Shown here: positions 9,932 to 18,570 of the stretch, piece after piece
Numbering within the stretch: the first letter of the stretch is position 1
Layout: every line of letters starts with the position of its first letter
Assembly: GCA_047611725.1 (NCBI GenBank)
Contig: JBLFWR010000001.1
Location: forward strand, 4,100 to 68,099
Length of the DNA: 64,000 nucleotides
Reading direction: 5' to 3'
Origin: Candidatus Binatia bacterium
GTDB lineage: Bacteria; Desulfobacterota; Binatia; UBA1149; CAITLU01
Translations under genes and position numbers: made by a program
The notes under the pieces: generated by a model
What the model saw: the letters and a program-made list of their open reading frames with translations, nothing else
Databases searched by the model: none
What the model was told of the DNA's origin: nothing

Positions 9932-10456
9932 TACAGCGAGGGCGCCGCTAAAAGCCCCGCGATGTCCTCGGCCCTACTTGCCGCCCACCTAATAGCTATC
10001 GCCGTTTACCTGGGCGCCAGCGTTTTGCTGGCTTTGCTGATTCCCTCTGTTGGGACCGGCGCTTCCTCCCCGGTTGAACGACGTGCACGCTATGCGGCGG
10101 TCTTTCGCGCCTACAATCCACTGGCGGTGGCGACTCTCGGAGTTATCGTCATGACCGGCGCTTGGTCCATCACTTCCTACAAAGAGGCGTTTGGACCGGC
10201 CTTTTTTGCGGTGGTTGGTGGCGCTCTCGTTGGAAAGCTCGCGATCGCCTTTTTCGTGGTGATGTTCGGAGTCTATGTCTGTATGGGAATCGGCTTGCGT
10301 CTAGTTCGAGCCACCCAAGGCGGACTACCCGTTACCGACGATCAGCTGCGCCGCCAAGTACGGCGGATGCAGACGACGCTGTGGATGACCCTTATGCTTG
10401 TATTTTGGGCAGCTTGGATCGCGCGAGACATCGCACCAGCGGCCATGGCCCAGTGA
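9926..10456 (+). CDS. small integral membrane protein (about 4 TM), unknown function
   Basis: Hydrophobic segments LLAAHLIAIAVYLGASVLLALLI, LAVATLGVIVMTGAW, FFAVVGGALVGKLAIAFFVVMFGVYV, LWMTLMLVFWAAWI. Divergent from nuoB. Confidence 0.45.
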   Translation: MQYSEGAAKSPAMSSALLAAHLIAIAVYLGASVLLALLIPSVGTGASSPVERRARYAAVFRAYNPLAVATLGVIVMTGAWSITSYKEAFGPAFFAVVGGALVGKLAIAFFVVMFGVYVCMGIGLRLVRATQGGLPVTDDQLRRQVRRMQTTLWMTLMLVFWAAWIARDIAPAAMAQ

Positions 10457-11052
10457 CCCAGCCCACACACGCTCCCACCTTTGGCCTTTTCGATTCTGAC
10501 CCGCGCATCACACGCGACCAGTGGTGCGAGCTGCATTCAGATTTCGAACGCTTAGAAATTGAAATCGGTCCCGGAGACGGCGGCTTCTTGGTCGAAGCGG
10601 CCAACCGAACGCCCAAAACGCTCTGGATGGGGTTTGAGGCGCGTCCCAGCCTGGTGACCCGGATTCTGGAACGACATCCGCAGCCAGCAAACTTACGGGT
10701 CCTTCGCACAGACGGGAGATGGGTGGTCGAGAACCTAATCGAGGAAGCGACCGTAGACGCCTACCACGTCTACTTTCCTGACCCCTGGTGGAAAAAGAAG
10801 CATCACAAACGACGCTTGTTCACCCCTGCGTTCAGCGCCGCGGTTCAACGAACGCTGGTGCCCGGTGGCGTGATTTACGTCATGACAGACGTCGCGCCGC
10901 GCTTCGAAGAAATTTGCAACGCCTTGCGCGCCGTACACCTCAAAGAAATGGAATGGGCCGACATTGAACGGCCGGGCTCTAGCTCTTACGAACGAAAGTA
11001 CAAGGTACAGGGGCGCAAGTTCTACGCGACACTATTCGAACGCCTCGGATAG
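10453..11052 (+). CDS. trmB: tRNA (guanine-N7)-methyltransferase
   Basis: LEIEIGPGDGGFL (SAM-binding GxGxG), FPDPWWKKKHHKRRL (TrmB signature FPDPW-K--H-KRR). GTG at 10453 overlaps upstream TGA (GTGA). Upstream part of ORF 10162..11052 is Arg-rich junk overlapping the membrane-protein frame. Confidence 0.8.
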   Translation: MTQPTHAPTFGLFDSDPRITRDQWCELHSDFERLEIEIGPGDGGFLVEAANRTPKTLWMGFEARPSLVTRILERHPQPANLRVLRTDGRWVVENLIEEATVDAYHVYFPDPWWKKKHHKRRLFTPAFSAAVQRTLVPGGVIYVMTDVAPRFEEICNALRAVHLKEMEWADIERPGSSSYERKYKVQGRKFYATLFERLG

Positions 11053-11088
11053 TGGCTCGCAGCATCTAGCGATCGAAAAGTCAGAAAA

Positions 11089-12036
11089 TCAGGCTGAAGC
11101 TTTGGCCTTATCGGTGGACAAAACGAAATCTTTGGCCACGCGCGTAACGCCATCTGCATCCAGGCCGTGCTTCGCGTAAAGATCTTGCCCTGTGCCGGAT
11201 TCACCGTAGGTGTGAACTCCGTGGATACGAACGACGACGCCAGGAACTTCCGAAAGCGCTTCAACCACGGCGCTACCGAGTCCACCGACCACACCGTGAT
11301 CTTCAACCGTCAGAATTCTTCCGCTGCCGCCAGCCAATCGCTTCAGCAATGCGTCATCGATCGGCTTTATGGTGTGAATGTTCACAACCCCAACGTCGAG
11401 CCCTTCTTTGGATAGGCGCTCAGCTGCTTCCACAGCAGAACCCACGACACCACCCGTAGCAACAATCGTAAGGTCAGTTCCTGAACGGAGTTCAACACCT
11501 TTGCCGAACTCAAACACGTAGTCTGGCGGGTTAACGTCGGCTAGCCCCTGACGCGTTAAGCGCAGATACGAAGGCCCCACGTAGTCAGAAATGAATTCAG
11601 TCGCACGCGCAGCTTCGATGGCATCGCCAGGCTGCAAGACAACCATATTGGGAAGCGAGCGCATCAGCGCAATATCTTCCAATCCCATTTGGGAATAACC
11701 GTCTTCGCCAATTCCGATACCGGAGTGGGTTCCGACAATGCATACGTCAGCGTTGTTGTAACCGACCGACATCCGAATTTGTTCGAACCGGCCGGCGACA
11801 AAACACGCGAAGCTCGCGACAAACGGCTTCATCCCGACCAGAGCGGCGCCAGCAGCGGCACCAACCATATTGCCTTCAGCAATTCCCATCTGGAAAAAGC
11901 GATCAGGATACGCGTCGCCGAACTTTCGCGTCTGAACGGAACTCGCTAGGTCCGCGTCAAACACGACAACCTTTGGATGAGTTGCACCGATGCGCAACAA
12001 CGCTTCGCCGAATGCGGCTCTACTAGCCTTGCCCAT
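11089..12036 (-). CDS. transketolase, C-terminal (pyrimidine-binding/C-terminal domain) subunit
   Basis: 315 aa, GIAEGNMVGAAAGAAL..., typical split-transketolase B chain. Confidence 0.85.
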   Translation of the reverse strand: MGKASRAAFGEALLRIGATHPKVVVFDADLASSVQTRKFGDAYPDRFFQMGIAEGNMVGAAAGAALVGMKPFVASFACFVAGRFEQIRMSVGYNNADVCIVGTHSGIGIGEDGYSQMGLEDIALMRSLPNMVVLQPGDAIEAARATEFISDYVGPSYLRLTRQGLADVNPPDYVFEFGKGVELRSGTDLTIVATGGVVGSAVEAAERLSKEGLDVGVVNIHTIKPIDDALLKRLAGGSGRILTVEDHGVVGGLGSAVVEALSEVPGVVVRIHGVHTYGESGTGQDLYAKHGLDADGVTRVAKDFVLSTDKAKASA

Positions 12037-12048
12037 TGCCCCTACTCC

Positions 12049-12930
12049 TCAGGCCGCCGCTTCGATTTCTGCAATCGCGCGCTTGAGTTCTTCATCGTTC
12101 GGCGCTTTTCCGTGCCAAGCGTGGGTGTCTTCCATGAAAGAAACGCCCTTGCCTTTCACAGTGTGGGCAATGATCACCGTAGGACGTCCCGTCTCTGCAC
12201 GCGCCGAATCCAGCGCGCCGATAATGGCGTCGAAATCATGACCGTCGATTTCCAGAACATGCCAGCCAAACGCCTCGAACTTCGCGCCCAAAGGCGCCAA
12301 GTCCATGACGTCTTTGGTGTGGCCGTCTAACTGCACTTTGTTGTAGTCAACGATGGCGGTCAGGCCCGAAGTCCCAAACTTGCCAGCCGCCATTGCGGCC
12401 TCCCAAACTTGGCCAGCCTGGAGTTCGCCGTCACCGAGGAGGCAGTACACGCGGAATTGTTCGTCCGTCAGCGGGACAGCCAACGCCATCCCCAGTGCCA
12501 CCGATAGCCCCTGCCCTAAGGAACCGGTCGCGGCTTCCATGTAAGGAAGCCGGACGTGATCGGGGTGCCCCTGAAGACGGCTATTGATCTGCCTGAAGGA
12601 CCCCAGCTCATCCTCAGGAATGCACCCGGCGTAGGCCAAGGCAGCATACGCTGTGGGCACCCCGTGTCCTTTGGACAAGATGAACCTGTCACGCGCCGGA
12701 TCACTAGGATTTCCGACGGTATAGCGCAGTTCTTTAAAGTAAAGCGTACTAATAAGTTCGACAGTTGAAAGAGATCCGCCCGGATGGCCTGAGCCAGCGG
12801 CGTGAATCATCTTCAGAATATCGACTCTTAGCTTGCGGGCGATGGTGGCAAGTTCGTTTGTAGACCGCATCGTTCTGGCCAGAACCTGCCCCCTTGAATG
12901 CGGGGTGTCAAGGAACGCCCGGGTCTGCAT
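12049..12930 (-). CDS. transketolase, N-terminal (TPP-binding) subunit
   Basis: GHPGGSLSTVELISTLYF..., GDGELQAG TPP-binding motif. 293 aa. Adjacent to C-terminal subunit gene (split tkt). Confidence 0.85.
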   Translation of the reverse strand: MQTRAFLDTPHSRGQVLARTMRSTNELATIARKLRVDILKMIHAAGSGHPGGSLSTVELISTLYFKELRYTVGNPSDPARDRFILSKGHGVPTAYAALAYAGCIPEDELGSFRQINSRLQGHPDHVRLPYMEAATGSLGQGLSVALGMALAVPLTDEQFRVYCLLGDGELQAGQVWEAAMAAGKFGTSGLTAIVDYNKVQLDGHTKDVMDLAPLGAKFEAFGWHVLEIDGHDFDAIIGALDSARAETGRPTVIIAHTVKGKGVSFMEDTHAWHGKAPNDEELKRAIAEIEAAA

Positions 12931-13068
12931 CGAAACCGCCGCACATCAATCCACCATCCAACGATGGTTCGAAGCCCGAATGGTGGAAAACTCGCGTTCG
13001 ACGGGAGCCCTAAACGCCCGGCGCTTTTTGCGACGTCACAACGACCGTACCGCGCAGGATTAACAGGA

Positions 13069-13716
13069 TTAAGCGGGTGCGCTCCAGTGGGTAGCCGCCC
13101 AAGCCCGAGCCGGATCTGCAAGATAATTAACGAATTTAGCCTCAACCCGATCACCGTCAATCGCGAATGCGCTCAAGCCGCAATTGTCGACCCGCAACTG
13201 ACGGTAGGCTGTCAAAGGAATCCCCATTAAGGAGCACAGGATCGACCGTAGGATGTCGCCGTGACTGACACACAGGACAGTCTGGCCCCCCGCCAAGGAC
13301 TTCAAAACCGCCAATCCGCGACTTTGAACGTCAACCAACGTCTCACCGCCCGGCGTCGCCTGCGTCAGGGGAGAGGCTGCGTATGCGGCGTACCGTGGAT
13401 CTTCGGCAACCTCGGCATAGGTGCGGCCTTGCCAATCACCGAAATGCACCTCTTCAAGACCGTCAGCAGTTTCAACACCCATGCCGAGCTGCGAAGCGAC
13501 GATGGTCGCCGATTCAAGGGCTCGCCGTTGGGGCGAACTCACAATCTTGTCGATCCCCAGCGCCGCAAGCACTTCGGCCGCGGCAATACATTGCTCGCGG
13601 CCGTCAGTGTTCAAAGCGATATCGGCAGCACCCATGATGCGTTGCGACCGATTCCACGAGGTCTCCCCGTGGCGCATGAGAATCAAAGTAAGAATCTCAG
13701 AAGACTTACGCTGCAT
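13069..13716 (-). CDS. histidine phosphatase family protein (phosphoglycerate mutase-like)
   Basis: LMRHGETSWN (RHG catalytic motif), later SHGDILR. Start placed at internal Met; ORF to 13737 overlaps upstream gene. Confidence 0.7.
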   Translation of the reverse strand: MQRKSSEILTLILMRHGETSWNRSQRIMGAADIALNTDGREQCIAAAEVLAALGIDKIVSSPQRRALESATIVASQLGMGVETADGLEEVHFGDWQGRTYAEVAEDPRYAAYAASPLTQATPGGETLVDVQSRGLAVLKSLAGGQTVLCVSHGDILRSILCSLMGIPLTAYRQLRVDNCGLSAFAIDGDRVEAKFVNYLADPARAWAATHWSAPA

Positions 13717-14899
13717 CGGCAGCGCCGGAGCCTCCAAGACTCAAACCGCAAAACTCCTCGTAGTCGATGAGTTCGGTGATCGTCGGGTTGTCACCACACA
13801 TCGGACATTTAGGATCGCGGCGAAGATTCAAAATCCGAACTTCCATGCCAAGCGTTTCGACATGCGCCAAGCGTCCAACCAAAGGACGGCCCTTACCGAG
13901 AATAACCTTCATGGTTTCCAGGGCCTGCATGCAACCGACCAAGCCAGGCAACACGCCCAAGACCCCTGCTTCGGCACAACTAGGTGCCATGCCTGGAGGC
14001 GGCGGTTCGGGGAACAAGCAGCGATAGCAAGGCCCCACATGCGGCTCGAATACCGTGACCTGGCCTTCAAACTGAAAGATGCTGCCGTGAACGTTCGTCT
14101 TGTTCTTCATCACGCACGCATCGTTGACGAGATACCTAGTTGGAAAATTGTCACAGCCGTCAACGATGATGTCGTAGTCATCGATGATCCGCATGATGTT
14201 TCCCGAGTCCAGTCGCTCGCGATGCTCGATGACATTGATGTCGGGGTTGAGCGCGTTCAGCGTCAGCTTTGCAGATTCCGTCTTGTACATCCCGACACGA
14301 TCGTTCGTGTGTAGGATCTGGCGCTGCAAGTTCGACAAATCGACCGTGTCGTTGTCAACGATTCCGATCGTACCGACACCCGCTGCAGCCAGGTAGTACG
14401 CAACCGGCGAACCAAGGCCGCCGGCCCCTAGACATAGAACCCGGGCATCGAGCAGCTTAGCTTGTCCAGCCTCCCCTACTTCATCGAGAAGAAAATGGCG
14501 GCTATAACGTGTCAGTTGATCTTGCGTGAACTGTCGCTCTTGGGACCAGTCAAAGCCGCCGTTCTTCCAGGCGCCGAAGCCACCGGCCATCGACGTGACG
14601 CTCTCGTAGCCCATCTCTTTCAGAATGCGACCAGCCAACAATGACCGCGTACCGCTTTGGCAGTATGCGACGATCGGCTGAGACTTGTCGGGGATCTTGC
14701 CCTCGATCTGAATCTCCAAAAATCCGCGCGGAAGACTCAGCGAGTCCGGAAGATGACCTTCACGGAACTCGTCTTTCTCACGAACGTCGAGAAGCACTGG
14801 TGGATTGGCACTTGCGGCACGGCCGCGAACATCGTCACACGTAACTTCGGGAACTAGGCTTCGCGCCTCGTCGACAATTTCTTTAAATGTTTTGGACAT
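13706..14899 (-). CDS. ThiF/MoeB-family adenylyltransferase with N-terminal rhodanese domain and C-terminal CxxC...CxxC zinc motif
   Basis: N-terminal rhodanese with active-site loop CQSGTRS. Then LCLGAGGLGSPVAYYLAAAGVGTIGIVDNDTVDLSNLQRQ (E1-like nucleotide-binding fold). Then CYRC ... CPMC. Confidence 0.8.
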   Translation of the reverse strand: MSKTFKEIVDEARSLVPEVTCDDVRGRAASANPPVLLDVREKDEFREGHLPDSLSLPRGFLEIQIEGKIPDKSQPIVAYCQSGTRSLLAGRILKEMGYESVTSMAGGFGAWKNGGFDWSQERQFTQDQLTRYSRHFLLDEVGEAGQAKLLDARVLCLGAGGLGSPVAYYLAAAGVGTIGIVDNDTVDLSNLQRQILHTNDRVGMYKTESAKLTLNALNPDINVIEHRERLDSGNIMRIIDDYDIIVDGCDNFPTRYLVNDACVMKNKTNVHGSIFQFEGQVTVFEPHVGPCYRCLFPEPPPPGMAPSCAEAGVLGVLPGLVGCMQALETMKVILGKGRPLVGRLAHVETLGMEVRILNLRRDPKCPMCGDNPTITELIDYEEFCGLSLGGSGAADAA

Positions 14900-15208
14900 C
14901 TCTTCTACTCCGAATCAGCGCACCCGGATCCTTCGTGGATAGGGAGAGTTCATCCAAACATGGATGCCTAGGTTTTGGTAGTCAGCCGGAAAGGCCGTCG
15001 TAGAGTTCAGCCCGCCACGCAAGCCAGCGAGCCAAACTGCGGGCGTAGCGGGGATCAAACAGTGCACGCCACCAACTGACACGTCGAATCATCGGCGAGC
15101 GGCGAGAAAGAAAGAGGGGGTTGCCGGTCACACCGACGAAATACAAGAGTTTTTCGAGATCGAGCCGGGCGAGCAGCCCGTGACGCCACAGGTAGAATAC
15201 GACCACCG

Positions 15209-15802
15209 CTAGGAAAAGGGGCGGGACGCTTCCTCCGCCTCGTCATAGTCCTCGAGCATCCGGCGCATCAACGCGCCTTCGCCCTGTTCCGCCATGACTT
15301 TCGAACGGTTCATCAATAACTGCTTGTCTTCGATAAAGTCGTCACGGGTGTAGCCACTAACGCGGGGATGTACGGCGGTGTCCATGCGAATCGCATCGCA
15401 GGGACAGGCCTCGACACACATGCCGCAGTAAATGCAGCGCAGCGTATCGATCTCGTATCGAACGGGGAATTTTTCGACCGTGTCATCTTCGTGCTCACCA
15501 GCTTCGATGTTGATACATCGAGCCGGGCACGCGGTTGCACACAGGAAGCACGCTGTGCAACGCACGGAACCGTTGTCCTTCAGCGTAAGCCGGTGCGCAC
15601 CTCTATAGTTCGGGCCGTAGTCAAGGTGCTCGTCAGGGTATTGGAGAGTCGCGATTGCGGTCTTGCCCTTGGCCAGACCGAACTGATGCGCAACGTGAAC
15701 GAAGAAGTTTCGCCAGAATCGCCCACCGGTCACGACGAGCCCCCGAATAACTTCGGGGACGTAAATTCGCTCGGTAAAGGTAAGTTCTTCTGGCCTTCGC
15801 AT
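15209..15802 (-). CDS. nuoI: NADH-quinone oxidoreductase subunit I (2x[4Fe-4S] ferredoxin subunit)
   Basis: CTACFLCATACPARCI and CIYCGMCVEACPCDAIRM, two CxxCxxCxxxCP motifs with NuoI-typical spacing and N-terminal region RFWRNFFVHV. ORF extends to 15883. Confidence 0.85.
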   Translation of the reverse strand: MRRPEELTFTERIYVPEVIRGLVVTGGRFWRNFFVHVAHQFGLAKGKTAIATLQYPDEHLDYGPNYRGAHRLTLKDNGSVRCTACFLCATACPARCINIEAGEHEDDTVEKFPVRYEIDTLRCIYCGMCVEACPCDAIRMDTAVHPRVSGYTRDDFIEDKQLLMNRSKVMAEQGEGALMRRMLEDYDEAEEASRPFS

Positions 15803-15822
15803 TGGTGACCGAAAGCCGCCGG

Positions 15823-16452
15823 CTAGGCGACTAGCTTCATCACAGCACCGACACTGGGTCGAGCCGCCAAGCGAGTCGCCCAAGCTCGTACATTGACCAA
15901 CGCGGAGTCGAGACTCACGCTGACATTGTCGAGTTGAAGAAGCGCTGGAGTGAAGGCGACATCGGCAAGCGAAAACTCGCCAGCCAAATACTCTTTCCCC
16001 TCAAGCTCGCGCTCAAGCATGGCCAGAGTTTTCGTGATGGCGTCTTTGGCCTGCCCTATGCGCGCGGCGTCGGGCTCGGCCGCTTCGCGCTCCTGAGCCA
16101 AAGCCATCACGGGAAGCGTGAAAGCTCGGTCTGCGTAGTCTGCCAACATCCGCACACGTGCACGGTCGCTGGAATCCTCAGGCAGCAGCTCTGGAGGGTG
16201 TGGATACTCATCGTTCAAGTACTCGGTAATGATGTAAGATTCGTACATTACGCATCCTTCATCAATAAGCACTGGAACTTTCCCAAAAGGGTTGAGTTTG
16301 AGGAAGTCCTCACTTCGTTGCTGCCCTTGGCGCAGGTCAACAGTCACCGTATCGAACGAGAGATCTTTCTCGGCCAATACAATCCGTACCTTCTTTGCGA
16401 AGGGGCAATCTTGATAATCGTAGAGAGTCATCCTAAGTCCGGTCCGCCTCAT
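15823..16452 (-). CDS. glutathione S-transferase family protein
   Basis: MTLYDYQDCPFAKKVRIVLAEKDL ... GKVPVLIDEG, an N-terminal thioredoxin-like GST domain. Confidence 0.8.
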   Translation of the reverse strand: MRRTGLRMTLYDYQDCPFAKKVRIVLAEKDLSFDTVTVDLRQGQQRSEDFLKLNPFGKVPVLIDEGCVMYESYIITEYLNDEYPHPPELLPEDSSDRARVRMLADYADRAFTLPVMALAQEREAAEPDAARIGQAKDAITKTLAMLERELEGKEYLAGEFSLADVAFTPALLQLDNVSVSLDSALVNVRAWATRLAARPSVGAVMKLVA

Positions 16453-16553
16453 TCCCAGTGGAATCGCGAGACACTAGCGTTAACCCCAACCGGGCGCAAT
16501 GACACGGGGTGGCAAACAGGAGAGCGAAAAGGCGTTCAGGAATGCTGCTTCCA

Positions 16554-17207
16554 TCAGTATCCGACCCCGAGGCACCGCTGCACAGGGGCGAATGACCGCC
16601 GGTGAGCTGCACAGGGTCCGTAACGGTTCAACGCCGCCAAATGCGCTGCCGTCCCATAGCCCATATGCCGCTCGAACCCGTACTCTGGAAATTGGGCGCC
16701 AAGCTCCGTCATCAACCGGTCTCGATAGACTTTCGCCAGGATCGACGCCGCCGCAACGCCATGGATGAATGAATCTCCCTTGATCCATCCACTCTGAGGC
16801 ATCCCCACTCCAGGGACCTTGCGAGCGTCAACCAGAAGGTAGTCCGGGACTTCATCGAGCCCAACCACGGCTCGCCGCATCGCCTCGAGGCCCGCCGCAC
16901 GCACGCCCATGACATCTAGTTCCTCAACTTCAACCCGCCCAATGGCCCAGCACTGTGAAGAAGCCAGGATGGCGGGTTCCAACTGTTCACGACGCCTCGC
17001 TGACAGCTGCTTGGAATCAGCGACCGCCAAGCCGTCGAACCCCTGTGGAAAAACGACCGCTGCTGCTACTACCGGGCCCGCCAAAGGTCCGAGCCCCGCT
17101 TCGTCAACACCAGCAACACGTGAAAAGCCCAGTTGCCACAAAAGTGCCTCAAGCCGCAGTATCTCGGCGACAGCATTCGGACTGGGACGGGAGGCGCGCA
17201 GTTCCAA
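16554..17207 (-). CDS. rnhB: ribonuclease HII
   Basis: VAGVDEAGLGPLAGPVVAAAVV (DEAG catalytic motif). Confidence 0.9.
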   Translation of the reverse strand: MELRASRPSPNAVAEILRLEALLWQLGFSRVAGVDEAGLGPLAGPVVAAAVVFPQGFDGLAVADSKQLSARRREQLEPAILASSQCWAIGRVEVEELDVMGVRAAGLEAMRRAVVGLDEVPDYLLVDARKVPGVGMPQSGWIKGDSFIHGVAAASILAKVYRDRLMTELGAQFPEYGFERHMGYGTAAHLAALNRYGPCAAHRRSFAPVQRCLGVGY

Positions 17208-17219
17208 AAAATCGAGCCG

Positions 17220-18473
17220 TTAAGGAGTACGAGTGGCCTTCGAATCCAGGACTTCCGCGATCCGCTCGCGCACCTCGGCAACGGCATGGGATTGCGCCTG
17301 CTCTGCCAGAAGTGCGGCACATGGCTGGCAATCCGGAATCAACGCCAAACCGGTTACCGCGTTGAGGGCTTCGGGAAGTTGGCCTTTCTTCAAGGCGTTC
17401 CCAAGAGAATCGCTCGCGTCTAACGCCGCGAGTGCAGCGGCGGCCGTTGGGCCAATCGGGTCGTCGGCGCCCAAAGCTTCGGCCAATACACCGCCCGCCT
17501 CGGTCACCTTGCCAGCGCCGAACCCACCTAGAATGGCATCCTGAGTTACGACCGAAGGATCGCTCGCCAAGCGTTCAGACACGGCGGCGAAATTCTCGAC
17601 ATTCCCTCCGCTTCCAGCGGCAATTTGCCCCCACGCCCAAGCGCGGACGACTTCCGATTTGGATTGCGCCAACTCGTCCAACTGCTCCCGCGTGCGTTCT
17701 ACGCCCAGAGCATTAAGCGAGCCCAATGCGGCGACCGTGGCTTCGGCTTCGTCGGCGGATGCGAGCGCTTCCAGAGCACCAGTCAAAGAAGAAAATTCGT
17801 ACCGGCCAGCTGCGCCAGCGAGGAAGGCTTTCTGTTCGGCCGGGGCGTCGCTTTTTAAAAACGTTCGCCAATGCGCAGCAGCCTCGTCGGAGAAGTAGTG
17901 CGTGAGGCGACCATAGTCACCCATGTGCCTGGCCGCGTCGGCGCGCACAACGTCATTGGTACTTGCCAGAGCGCTCGAGATCCCGACGACCTCCTGAGAC
18001 CAACGCCCCGGTGCTTTCGCAGTAAGAGAAGAAATGTAGGGAGCCAACGCGCGCCGAACTTCGACCTCTTCGTCTCCCACGAAGACGTATCGCACACCGC
18101 CCGAAACCCCGTGGCGACGGGTTGGCGGCAAATTGTCCCGCCAATACGCGTACGGCGGAAGCAGCTCGACCGGGGCTAGAAAGGAATCGCCATGCTCCAG
18201 CGCCCGCCCCTCCTTGGCGACATCCCAAACGAGAACCAAATTTCGAGCGTTCGGCGCCGAAGAATGAAGGACCTGCCCCACTGTTCCGGCGAAGGCCAAA
18301 AGTTTGCCATCCCGATATTCGAACGGCTTTTGAAGACGCACGGTGCCAAACGCCCAAGCATCTGTGACACGGGTGAAAAGGGTTCGCTCATCAACAGGCC
18401 TCGCGGCCGCAGCCGGAGAGGCCAGCCAGAAGGTCAACAAGCAAGACAGGAGGGCGGTTGTGCTTCGGTTCAT
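17220..18473 (-). CDS. secreted HEAT/armadillo-like repeat protein, hypothetical
   Basis: Signal-peptide-like N-terminus MNRSTTALLSCLLTFWLASPAAAA, followed by repeated A/L/E-rich helical hairpins. No catalytic motif recognised. Confidence 0.45.
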   Translation of the reverse strand: MNRSTTALLSCLLTFWLASPAAAARPVDERTLFTRVTDAWAFGTVRLQKPFEYRDGKLLAFAGTVGQVLHSSAPNARNLVLVWDVAKEGRALEHGDSFLAPVELLPPYAYWRDNLPPTRRHGVSGGVRYVFVGDEEVEVRRALAPYISSLTAKAPGRWSQEVVGISSALASTNDVVRADAARHMGDYGRLTHYFSDEAAAHWRTFLKSDAPAEQKAFLAGAAGRYEFSSLTGALEALASADEAEATVAALGSLNALGVERTREQLDELAQSKSEVVRAWAWGQIAAGSGGNVENFAAVSERLASDPSVVTQDAILGGFGAGKVTEAGGVLAEALGADDPIGPTAAAALAALDASDSLGNALKKGQLPEALNAVTGLALIPDCQPCAALLAEQAQSHAVAEVRERIAEVLDSKATRTP

Positions 18474-18570
18474 CACCGCAGCACAGTAGCCTCGCCGTCG
18501 CATCTTTCAATCGACGGACTCCGCATCTCTCCGCATCTCTCCGCAAACCCCCGCTAGGTCGCACCGCGGG

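Noticed and set aside
10162-10455. N-terminal 98 aa of ORF 10162..11052 overlapping the 9926..10456 membrane-protein gene
   Set aside because: Arg/Trp-rich junk translation. The TrmB homology begins only near 10453, where a GTG start overlaps the upstream stop.
14982-15206. 74-aa W/R-rich ORF in the 309-bp gap between the MoeB-like gene and nuoI
   Set aside because: No SD, odd composition, antisense orientation relative to both neighbours. Treated as non-coding promoter or intergenic DNA.
18523-18551. CCGCATCTCT x2.5 direct repeat upstream of the HEAT-repeat protein gene
   Set aside because: Too short and low-copy to interpret. Noted only.
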